From positions 5,580,001-5,644,000 of the forward strand of contig OX597826.1 of the NCBI GenBank assembly GCA_951406725.2: DNA of 64,000 nt, in the 5' to 3' direction. This DNA is from Octopus vulgaris (lineage: Eukaryota). The position numbers and the translations under genes are program-made. Numbering within the stretch: position 1 is the stretch's first letter; the number at the start of each line of letters is the position of its first letter. The notes under the pieces were generated by a model that saw nothing but the letters and a program-made list of their open reading frames with translations, ran no database searches and was not told the DNA's origin. This document shows, one piece after another, positions 52,565 to 64,000 of the stretch.

Positions 52565-54114
52565 ATGTGAGTGCATGAATATATATGTATGAATAAATGT
52601 GACAATAATGCCGAATTGCCTTAACGAGCTGTTTGCATCCATATACCTCTAAAAATCGTCTTGTTGAATTTTCTGACATAAACATATATACACATATATC
52701 ATATCCTGTGTTGTATGCTGTTATTCCTTTACACGTATACATATTGTGCTCTGAGTTTCCTTTCTGGCCCTCTGTCTACATGCAGAAGCTGGTTTGTGCC
52801 CATACAGAGACCAAGCAAATATCAAACTACTTACACTCACGCGCGTACATTTACAGATGTATGCTCGCACATATATATGCTCACACATGCGCACAGAAAC
52901 ACGCAGGCACATGTGTGTGTGTGTATTGTTAATGTATGAATGTATGCATATGTGTGAGTGTGTAAAGAAACTACCGCGCTCTGAAATATTTCCAGTATAT
53001 TATTTATGATTTAACAGTTCACCATGAAACTCCTCCATCAAAGACATAAACCATTAGTATTAAAATATTAGCTTAATTAAATTTATAGAAACGTACGTAT
53101 TAAAGGTTATAATCACCATACCTCTGACAAATATTTTTACTGATTTTCTGTAGCCATATATTCTGAAAGCCAGACATATTTGCGAGCCTGTATTGATAAT
53201 GAGATGCCTAGATTATAATGAGTTTTGTGATAAGAGTTTGGTAATGTCGAACAAATATGTTCGTTAACATGGCAATGGTACGGTTTGGAAATTCTGAAGT
53301 CTCTACTAAAAGAGAATGTCTGCAATTTAATCATCATATGAAATCTCCTGTTAATGATTCCACTGCTTCTACTCCTACCTTTTAAATAGAAAGAACATAT
53401 TAATGAACTTTTATCTATACATGAAGATTTTCATCGAAAACATGGCGGTAGTAGCGCTGGGAGATCTTACAAAATTACTTGTGTTGATGTTGATAGCATA
53501 AATGGACCTCCAAAAGGAGATTACAAAGCGTACGATGTTTCCATTAGAAACCGAGATAAGTCGCATGGCTTCCTTTTGTCCGATAGATATTTGTAGAAAG
53601 GGATTACTGGTAGGATTATCAATAGCTTGCTTTCATTCTTTCTTTATCTTATTTGTTTTGCAATACACATTGTTATTTGTTCAGCGGTATTTGTTCTTTT
53701 TTCATATTTTGTTTATTTAATGCTATTTTCTACATCCTTAATTATATATTGCTGACGATGTTTCCATTTCATTTATAATTTTTCTACCATTGTATCTACG
53801 TCTATTTCTAAGTGTATATATGTGAGTGTGTGTTGTATTGTGTTGTGTTGTGTGTGTGTGTGTGTGTAGGTTTGCGTGTGTTCATATATGCGAAAATGGA
53901 TTATTATTATCATTCGGAGAATTGATGTATGTTAGCTTGTCTGTGGAGCCATATTGACGAATAATCATTATTGTTGCCCCTCCATTACTCAGCTTATGCA
54001 AATACATACACTATATATATATATATGTATATATGTATGTGTATTTGCGTGTGTATGTATGTGTGATTGTATATATATATGTACATATATATACAAACAT
54101 ATATTCATACATAT

Positions 54115-54195
<81 letters not shown>

Positions 54196-55206
54196 TATAT
54201 AAACGTGTGTATGGGAAGTATTTACTTTAAACAACCCACTCTAATTGTTATATTAGATGCAGAATATCTCCGTGTCATGAACTATCAAACTTCTGCTGTC
54301 GTTTGCTTGGAGTGGAGGATAGACAAATTAATATAGGCGCAATATTACAGCCATATAATTATGCTGTAAATACACATATATGTATTTATCTAAGTATGCA
54401 TGGTTGTATGAATGCATGTCCGCTTATATCTGTCACACCACTCTCTAGCTATCTGTTTTCCTATCTATATCTATTTATACATAGAGAGAGAGAATGTGTG
54501 TGCGAGCCCATATATGTAATTTAAAAACTTGCAAAAGCTATCAACAAAAACACTTCATAATGATTTGATTGGGGAACGTTCCTCGTCACAGCATCTAAAT
54601 AAATAATATAATACCCTACAATCTCAATATGGAATTCGATTGAAGCTATTTCAAATGAGATATATGTGTCTGTATATGTTATTGCGTGATTGTATGTATG
54701 GGTGTGTGAGAGAGTGTATGTGTGTTAGTGTTAATGTGTGTGGGGTTAGTGTATGTGTGCGTTTGAAAATGTTAGGGAAAATGTTCGAATTGCTGTTGTG
54801 AGATAAAATGAAAAGCATCTAGTGTACTTCCACAAGCTCTCAAGCGGTTGACGTCCCGATTTCGAGTTCTTACCAAGAAATGCTCATTCGAAAATATGAT
54901 CAGTAGCATGGATGTGCAAAGGCTATAATACCTTTGACGAGAATCTTGGATACAAGAGCATAACTTTGTACTGTAAGTGAAAATTAAAAGACTATATGTA
55001 CAGGAAATAAATAGAATCCTTCGATGTAGACGAAAACCTGTTAATTCATGACGAAGTTGAACATCTTTACATTTCATCCCCTTAATATATAACTGCATGT
55101 GGATTGTTGGGGATTTTTACCCCAGTCTTCCTTTTCTCTTGGACATTCCTCTGTCACTTGTTTTTGAAGAAGAGCATTGCTTCCTTTCCTTTCCTTCTTT
55201 TCGTTC

Positions 55207-55550
55207 CCTGAGAGTCTTTTAATACATTGCATGTTGGAGACTGACTGGGTGAACAATGCCTGTCATCGCCACAGATGGAGGAAGCAGGTTAAGGAGGGGA
55301 TTGACACTTTTGAGAGAGCACGTATCCAGCATGAAGAACTTAGGCGGGCTGCGCGAAAGCGCACAGCTCGTATAGTGAATGGGGAAAGCTTGGTCTGCAA
55401 TGTTTGCAGTCGTGTATGCTTGTCAAGAGCAGGGCTCATTAGCCACCAACGTAACCGCAAATGCAAAATATAAGTTAGTCCTAGAGCGCACAATGTTTCT
55501 GAAGGTCGGCAATGGTCTTCCTTGGCCACGAGTGGACGGCCATCATCATA
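55207..55550 (+). mobile_element. RTE-clade LINE 3' end
   Basis: W.NNACHRHRWRKQVKEGIDTFE...LVCNVCSRVCLSRAGLISHQR is the RTE C-terminus with Zn-finger-like motif; short (CAT)n tail. Confidence 0.85.
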
Positions 55551-57078
55551 TATATATATATGCAAGTGTATGTGTGATAATATATAATGATATCATTATT
55601 AATAAAAATAATAATATAAGTGGCTAGCAAGCATAGAGTAACCAAATGGGTAAAGTTATTAATTTATTTTCAAAGTACAAGATAGTACACATGTCCTCAA
55701 ATGCACCAGTGTTTATATAAGTGATTTACTGTGGTTCTTGGGGCGTTTGGTTCCTATTTCTAGCAATACTGTATACTATGTTGTACAGCAAGTTTCATCA
55801 GCAGTGCAAGAACATCGAGAATCTTTCGTAATGTTAACATACCGGTGTTCATATAACGCAGATCTTCCAACCAAACATGAAAGAAACATGTCCTCTTGCA
55901 CACACATTCACACACACACACATTCACGCACACACACGTACACACACACACACACACATACACACACACACACACACACTCTCTCTCTCTCTCTCTCTCT
56001 ATGTATCTCTCTCTCTTTCCCCATCTCTCTGTCACACATACATACATACATACAAATACCACGAAGAAAAAGTAGTCACTTCTTGACACTCAGAAAATAA
56101 GAATAAAAAAAAATGCAGATATGCTTAAATATGTGCAACGATAAGAACTGAAAGTATGCCAAATGTCATCCTCCTACAAAATTCAACACACGCCAACATC
56201 ATATGTTATTCGTGTACTAAAGGAAGAAATATGACTGCCTAAAAGAAATAATTTTAAGTTTGACTAGGCCACTAACACCTCGGCCATTTCGGGTTCTGGT
56301 GAACACCAAGCAGTTTTACTAAACGAAGCATCGTCTATTTGCAACAATACTTATGCTGACTGCCCAATGCATTTCAACATACAGTCTATGTACTATTATT
56401 ATACTTAATATCACTGAACTAGTGATTGCATTACAAGCAACAACAATTTTTACGGATAATTGTATGTATGTGTTTGAATGTGAGTGTGTATATATATATA
56501 CATACATACATATATGTATACATATATGTCTGTATGCATGTATGCATATATGTATGTATATATATACAAGCGTATATACATTAAATATTGACAAATATAA
56601 GTTTGTACAAAAGTGTGCGTGTACACATATATTTATGTGTTCGTATGATGGTTTGTGTAACTTGATAGATAGATACATATACATTTATATAATTATATAT
56701 CTACGTTATATTTATTCAGCTAAATTCTCTGGACAATTTTAAAACCTCCTTTGATGAAGCTGACGTTAAGCTGGAATTATATCGCAAAACTCTTTTAACC
56801 TAAATGTGTTAACCCATGCATATGGCATCGATATGTTGTAGACAGTATGGCGTCATACATCGAAGTAATATAAGCTGTTATCTCTTTTCTACGACAGAAA
56901 AATACATAATTACACACACATACATACATATATTCGCTGAGGTTTCTGTTTCTCACCGCTGATTTTTCTCTCTGTAGCTTACTATGATATGCGTTCTCAC
57001 ACATTCTCTCTGTTGCCATATCTCATTTTCTAATATCCATCTCTTCAGACTCTCTCTCTCTCTCACTCGCGCTCTCTA

Positions 57079-57080
<2 letters not shown>

Positions 57081-57141
<61 letters not shown>

Positions 57142-57347
57142 ATTTGTGTATATCTACCTCTATCGATTCACATTCACATATTAATACATACATATATGTG
57201 TGCGTGTTCGGGTGTACATACATAGGCACACACCCACAGACACATATATATATATATATATACACAGAGATATATACATTTATGCGTGTATATATATATA
57301 TGTATTTATATATAAATATGTATGTATACATGTATATATATATATGC

Positions 57348-57386
<39 letters not shown>

Positions 57387-57425
57387 CATATGTATATATA
57401 TGTATATATATATATATATACATAC

Positions 57426-57486
<61 letters not shown>

Positions 57487-57510
57487 TATGTATGTATGTA
57501 TATGTATGTA
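57081..57510. repeat. (TCTA)n and long TA/CA/TGTA microsatellite complex
   Basis: Seen directly. Confidence 0.9.
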
Positions 57511-58182
57511 TCACCCTCTCGTGTGTTCGTGTTACTTCGAAATTTTATTTACTTCGCATTTTATATTCTCTCTCCTTCCCCAGCTTCTCCCTGGAATATT
57601 CAACTCCTGACCATGTCTATTTAAGGTCGGTCATGAATCTTATTCTCGTGGACTAACCTATTATGAGGTGTTGTTATGTGAACTATAAAAACAGTGAAAT
57701 ATTGTAAAATATAAATGGACATTTTTTTCAACGTTTTGTTTGATTATATTGTTGATATTTTTCGAATTGTAACACGTTGTTATTTCTCAGTTGTGTTGAG
57801 GATAAAACAGCTTAACGTAGATTCGCATATGAAATGCATTGTCTCCATCAAGATTATAAAATAATATCAAGGTCTTTACTTAGGTTGTCAGTTTTATAAT
57901 ATGAAACAAAATGCAAACGATTATAAAGAATATGATATATACATTGTAGGGAGGTTCGGCAATTCAGAATAAAAATTGGGTCCAAAATATTATCATAACC
58001 CTGAGGATAAAACTGCATGTTTCCCCCTTTTTTTGTCTCTTAAAGTTTGCCATTATTAATATTATAGACGTTATCGAATTTCATTTTCAATTATATCACC
58101 TATCATTTAAACATCGTAAGTGTTTTCATCAACTTACCTTTCAAAATGATAATTAAATAATGAAATACAATATCTATTTCCG

Positions 58183-58253
<71 letters not shown>

Positions 58254-58269
58254 TTAAATCCTTAAAAAT

Positions 58270-59020
58270 GCTTCAGTCCGAAAGTTGCGGTCATGCTGGG
58301 GCACCACCTTTGATTGATACGTGGCACTTGGTCAACAAGGGTGTTCGACGCCGCTGCCCGCATCTGTGTTTCCTGCTGAGAGGTAGGTACATCTGGAACC
58401 CCTGACATGTAGAGATCGAGTTTCGTTTTAAAGAAACAAACATCCACACCATGCAGGTCTCTCAGGCATTTAGGAAGGATATTGAAAAGCTGGCATCTCC
58501 TGAAACCCAAGCTGTTTCAGTATCTTGTCCTGTATTTTGATGGTAATGTTGGAATCTTTGGCACCATGCACGACGCCCCGTTCTGCTGTTGGGGTAATTT
58601 CCAATGCCAACATTTGGAACAAGGCCCTCCAGGATTTTCCAGATGTATATCACTTCATTTCTCTGCCGCCTTCGCTCCAGGGAGAAGAATTTTAATACTT
58701 TCAGTCTTTCCCAGTAGTGTAGCTTCGTTGGATTGCTTCGAGTTCTGCTGTTAACTTTATATTGTGTGGTGACCATAGTTGAGAGCAGTAGTCCAAGCGG
58801 CTGAGGACGAATGTCTTCCAAAGGACCATCAGTACCTCCTTCTCTCTAGTTCTGAAAGTTCAGCGGATCCATCCAGCTATCCGTCTGCATTTTTCTTTAT
58901 CAAATTGGCAATATGCACTTGGAAAGGGGCATCATTGTTCATGTCAGTGTCCAGGCCACGCTCTGATTTTGACTCAGGATTTGCAATTCATCCCGGGCCA
59001 GTGTATCCTGTCTGCATGTC
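58270..59020 (-). mobile_element. CR1-clade LINE 3' end, degenerate, small internal deletion
   Basis: TFRTREKEVLMVLWKTFVLSRLDYCSQLWSP, YWERLKVLKFFSLERRRQR..VIYIWKILEGLVPN, QLFNILPKCLRDL...FKTKLDLY..GVPD; 3' UTR ends ggtggtgccccagcatgaccgcaac...gactgaagc. Confidence 0.9.
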
Positions 59021-59436
59021 AATATTAGTACTTGCATAACTAGCCCTTAAGTCCTTTAACTAAACCATTGGCTACAATGGCCAATGGAACAATCATTCCA
59101 ACTTAGAGAAAATAAAATAAAACGCTCAGAATAAATAGGACAATATCCACCATCCACATATACAATTTTATTTTTAGCTGTACTTCTCATAGTAATGCTC
59201 ATTACAGTGAAACAATGACTTTGTGATTCAGTTCATCATATGATCAAAGTGGGAGAATCGTACGAAGTAGAACTATTTCGACGTTATAAAATATGCATTT
59301 TCTCTCACATAATGTTTTTAATCAAGACGTTCGAAGACAGCTGTTGGTGTTTAAATTAAATCATCTTCGATATCACACAACAACTATTTCTCACATTACA
59401 ATATGATTCCGCAGAGACACTTGCAGCAGAATATAA

Positions 59437-59607
59437 TGCTTAGCGGCATTTCGTCTGTTTCTACATTCTGTGTTCAAATTCCATTGGGGTTGATTTTTCA
59501 CCTCATCCTTTCCGGGTTGATAAAATAAGGACAATTTTAAAACTAGGGTCGATGTAATCGTCTTTTCCCGTTTCCTGAAATTAGTGGCCACGTGGCAAAA
59601 TTTGAAA
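59437..59607 (+). mobile_element. SINE type E, degenerate
   Basis: gcttagcggcatttcgtctg...gttcaaattcc...tcatcctttccgggttgataa...agggtcgatgtaatcg. Confidence 0.75.
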
Positions 59608-59620
59608 CATCCATTATACC

Positions 59621-59761
59621 CAAAATTTACATTATTTATATTTGACGGGTATTTGTCCTCGTCTTGTTTGTTGTTAACAGAACGTTTCGGCTGATATACC
59701 CTCTGTCAAATATAAATAATGAAAATAATGTACATAATTCCTCATCTCTTAAATATAGAAC
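59621..59761. mobile_element. 141-bp insertion with 11-bp TSD and internal inverted repeat; probable Penelope-like terminal fragment
   Basis: TSD tccattatacc at 59610-59620 and 59762-59772; perfect 17-bp inverted repeat 59630-59646/59705-59721; minus-strand half-hammerhead cagccGAAACGUU at 59681-59693. Confidence 0.7.
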
Positions 59762-60281
59762 TCCATTATACCATTGAGTAAATCATCAATTCCTGACTAC
59801 TTTTTAGAGCAATAGCTGCTACCGGAGAAGTGCGCTTTGTTTTGGAAATTTAATGTTAAACTGATGCTCATAATGATTGGTAGCGGTCTCAATGTAGCAT
59901 ACCTTGAAATCTGATGATGTGGGTTCTCATGTCACATACTTGACTGCATCTTTTTGCTTTCTCTTAGAATAAAAATTAAATTCCATGTAGCTGTTTATGA
60001 ATGGAAACACCAACGAAAAATTTGGTGTTTACACAATAAATAATATGTGTCAGCGTATATCTATGTTGACGATTGAGTAGGCCAACATCACTATCAATTG
60101 CAAGACACATGCTTTAGACGTGCCTATTATATTTGACAATGTTTCGGGGTCAGTTTCATTAAGTAAAGTATACATATTGTCCAAAATCTTGACACGCACC
60201 GCTAAAGTATTAAGTATTCTTTTGAGGATTTCAGTCAGGTATCAAGGCAATTTCATTAGAAATTCTTTACTGGAAATTATG

Positions 60282-60530
60282 TGGCGGCGCGTGGCTTAGT
60301 TATTAGGATTTCAGCATCAGGATCATAAGAGTGTGGCTTCGATTCCTGAACCGAGCGACGCGTTGTGTTCTTGAGCAAAACACTTCATTTCACGTTGCTC
60401 CAGTCCACTCAACTGGCAAAAATGAGTAACGCTGCGATAGATTGGCGTCCTGTCCAGCTGGGGAACACATACGCCATTGAAACTGGGAAACCGGGCCGAT
60501 GAGCCTGGCTAGGCTTTAAAAGACCGCACA
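60282..60530 (+). mobile_element. tRNA-derived SINE, body C plus tail 1
   Basis: gtggcggcgcgtggcttag...GGCTTCGATTCC...ttcttgagcaaaacacttcatttcacgttgctccagtccactcaactggcaaaaatgagta...gagcctggctaggctttaaaagaccgcac. Confidence 0.9.
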
Positions 60531-60861
60531 AAAATAAAAATACTGGAAATGATATATAATCAGGTTTTCTTTGATTTTGGCTTGTATATCTAATAAAATA
60601 ATTGCATGTAAGATTGCTATTTCTTTTGGTGAAATTTCATTCACTATTATTGAGATAATTAATATTACAAATATTCGTTTAAATGTTATTAATGAACCGT
60701 TTCAACTGATAACATACCCTGCTCGCGATCTTTTCTGCATAGATGATTATCGATGAAGTTTATATGCGTTATTAAAAGTGTTGAATTGTCTCCCTTACTC
60801 GGCTGAAAAGCGTAAAGTCCATAAAGTCATGAAGAGTACAGTATTTTTAATGTAAAATGCT

Positions 60862-61700
60862 TGAAATTCAATTCAGTTCAATTTAATTCAATTTTTATTG
60901 GCTCAAAAAGCAAAAGCAAGGCCATGTAGGGGGACAGGGAGTTATGTACAGGGCGTGGTGCTCATACAAAGAGTTCAGGCCATTTCTGGTCAAGAGAGAC
61001 TTTGAACCGAGCGGTCATCGGCATCTTCACTATCTCTTCCGGCAGCTTATTCCACGGATCCGCAACCCGGACGGAGAAAGCCCCTCTCCTTCGATTGAGA
61101 TGAAATCGTCGTAGATAGAGCTTTTCGGAGTGACCCCGCAGCCCACACTCTGGAGCAGGAGTGAAGAACATCTCTTTCGAGAGGTTACACTTTCCGCTTA
61201 TGATGTTGTGAGCAAGAATGAGATCACCACGGCGTTGTCGCTTTTCGAGAGAATAAAGGTCGAGCGTCTTCAGCCTTTCTTTGTAAGACAAATTCTTGAG
61301 ACCAAGAACCATGCGAGTAGCCAGCTTCTGGACTCTTTCGAGATGATGTATGTCTTTGAGGAGATAAGGAGAAGAGGCTTGAATCCCATACTCCAATATG
61401 GGTCTCACCAGCGTGACATAGAGCGGTAGGAATATGGTTGCTGTGAGCATTCCGAATGACCGTCGAATCAAAAAAAGAACTCCGCGATCTTTGTTGGCAG
61501 CATGGACGCATTGGGCCGAAGGCGAAAAGGAAGAATCCACCAAGATACCCAGGTCCATTACTTGGTCGGTCTTCTCCAGCAGCAGACGACCCGGCTCGAA
61601 ATCAAGTTGAGTTGCAGGAGAGGAGTCAACAGGCTGATGACAGCACTGTGACACGTTCATACATTAAATAGACGGATAACGGATACCGTCAGGGAAACCC
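60862..61700 (-). mobile_element. CR1-clade LINE, 5'-truncated young copy with uninterrupted ORF2 C-terminus (ORF 60962..61660, 232 aa)
   Basis: DLGILVDSSFSPSAQC, LYVTLVRPILEYG...SPYL.KDI..LERVQK.ATRMV.GL..LSY.ERL..L.LYSLE.R..RGDLI, RG.FS.RV..PWN.LP; 3' tail of ATTGA-like repeats (plus strand aattcaattcagttcaatttaattcaa). Confidence 0.93.
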
Positions 61701-62572
61701 CTTTAACAGAACTGTAGTTAAAAGGTTGGTTCTTGTTGCTCTGTGTTATTCAAATTCAGATTGATGTATAGAGATATCAGTCATTTACCTGTTAATTCGG
61801 CCCACAATATTTTCAGTTCATCGAACACCTAGCGATCAGCATTGAAACCAAAGGTGGATCCTTGATATAATATCTTCTGCTATGGTGCGAAGTAAATATC
61901 TATGTAACTTGCTATTCACTTCCTGTTCTCTAGATAATCCTTTGTTTATCAATCTTACCTTTATTTCCTATGTTTCTATTGACTGACTGGAGGAACACCA
62001 AGATAATATATATATATATATATGCAGTAAAGATGTACGATTCAACTCTTTAAATAGACAATACAAAAGGAATCGAAAATTAAATGTTTACTCTCGGAAT
62101 TGATCCTAATATTTCTCTGAAAATAAACTCCCGCTAAGGAAACAGTAGCAATGTATTAAACCTTTTGTCATTACTCTGTTGCTTCTCGCGTAGAATTGTT
62201 ATGTATCTTTGTGTATTCCACATTTTGTAAATGGAATGATATTTGAGATGATGTGGAATAAAATATGGTTTCATAAAAATGTGAAACAATTAGAAATCAA
62301 TATTTAGCTGTAAGATATAAAGCAACACTATCTACTGCCGAAGGCCGAATTTATCAATGTGCAAATTCAATAAAATGCAATCCGTAATTATAATTCTAAC
62401 ACCCCTTAATAAATGGAGTGAATTTAAAAGTGAAAAGAAAAGTAGGCTTGACACATGTATGCATGTGTGTGTGCGTGTGTGTGTGTGCGTGCGTGCATGA
62501 GTGTATACGTGTGTGTGAGAGCATGCGTATGTATACATAAATACACACATTCACACACACACACACACGCAT

Positions 62573-62629
<57 letters not shown>

Positions 62630-63849
62630 CATATATATGTGTATATATGCACGTATAGTTATATGCATAAAGAGATAGTTAGAGAGAGAGAGGGACAGAG
62701 AGAAAGAGAGAGAGTGAGGAAGAGAGAGAATAGGAAAAACTCTTATACGAGGATGCGAATGAATGTGTATAGATTAATGCATATGTAAATATATTTACAT
62801 TTGTATGCGCATATACATTTCGCCGCCATTTGCGTGTATGAATATGTCAGTTCGTTCAACTGTATGCATCTTCGTGCGCTTCCTGTTTAATTCAACGTTC
62901 AATATTATATGTGGCACCTAAATAGAAACTCATGAGAGAATTTGGTGATTTTGTGAGTGATATGCTTGAGATCGAATCACCTCATACGTGAAAATAAATG
63001 AAGGAATGAATGAGTGAATGAATTTATTTTTAACATAAATGCGCTGTAGGTTCTTATCAGAATTCTTGGAACTTTTATATACTTTTCTTTGCGTTTTGTT
63101 AGTAGCTTATTTTAGCAGCTAATTCGGTAGCTCACTTGTTCATTTTTCTACATTTCGATCGATAATGCAACTAACAACTCTTTCTTGATTTGTTGACGTT
63201 TATCGTAATAACTTTGACAAGTGTAGTGAGATCTTTCTGTTTAAGAACGACTTGCTTGCACGCACAGTTTTAATATAATCAAAATCCTAAGCACTGCAGC
63301 AAACAAGACTCACATTATCTGATGTGAAACAAATCTGTCTGAATGGATCAGTTTCATATTTCAACACATGCTTTGTATAGTTTCTGCAGTGTATTTCGAA
63401 AATACCATTCTGTTTTGATGTTATATTATGTAATAAAGATGAAATGAATTAAAACTGAATACAGATCAATACTGTGTCTAAATATTTATTTTATTTTCAA
63501 ATGGGGGCTATTTGCTGACAGCATGAAAAACATTTGTATTTCAAGGAAAGATGGAATTATTGGCAAGAATATTTCCAACAGTATTAGCAGAATAGTTCAT
63601 GTGGAATGGTTCCAATCAGAGATTGCAGTAGCATTGTAGTCTTATGATGCAAGCAGATTTCCTCTCGATGGACAGCAGTCACGATAGTTTTCACCACAAG
63701 CAGAGATGAATGAATGAAAGTAATTTTAAATGGTCGCATGTGCTGTAAGAAATACCAGTCATCACATTCAAATCAGAGCCGTCACTCTGAAAACAGGACA
63801 GATTCAGTACTGTAGTTCTAGTTTAACTATACTGTAATATACTGTGAAA

Positions 63850-64000
63850 GGCGGTGAGCTGGCAGAAACGTTAGCACGCCGGACGAAATACGTAGCCGTA
63901 TTTCGTCTGCCGTTACGTTCTGAGTTCAAATTCCACCGAGGTCGACTTTGACTTTCATTCTTTCGGGGTCGATTAAATAAGTACCAGTTACGCACTGGAG
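63850..64000 (+). mobile_element. SINE type E, runs off the window end
   Basis: ggcggtgagctggcagaaacgttagcacgccggacgaaatac...gttcaaattccaccgaggtcgactttgactttcattctttcggggtcgattaaataagtaccagttacgcactgg. Confidence 0.9.

Noticed and set aside
60135-60170. Minus-strand TTAATGA...GAAACATTGTC
   Set aside because: Two core mismatches and no stem II or stem I; likely chance.
63500-63800. Non-repetitive stretch with ERWNYWQEYF and open partial frames
   Set aside because: Might be an ancient LINE relic or an exon, but frames are short and interrupted on both strands.

Overview
AT-rich, repeat-saturated eukaryotic genomic DNA. The SINE families and the TA/CA/TCTA/CATA/trinucleotide microsatellite load look like a coleoid cephalopod, most likely an octopus (inference from pattern recognition, no database search). 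I cannot support any host protein-coding gene: most ORF-track entries are microsatellite translations or transposon relics, so the window is probably intronic or intergenic. It contains over 20 SINE copies of at least four types, most with tRNA-like heads. It also holds truncated LINE fragments (CR1, RTE, Dong/R4-like), mariner relics, a non-autonomous Helitron with all terminal hallmarks, and a probable Gypsy integrase relic. The most interesting signals are: (i) several minimal type I hammerhead-ribozyme relics of the Penelope-associated kind, plus a short insert with an 11-bp target-site duplication (TSD) and inverted repeat; (ii) a 3' tail shared by one SINE family and a CR1 LINE; (iii) a 2x2 body/tail module shuffle among SINEs; (iv) a circularly permuted 300-bp duplication; (v) a hierarchical 76-bp minisatellite; (vi) a head-to-head inverted SINE pair. 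These extend known mechanisms; I found no clearly new multi-gene system.
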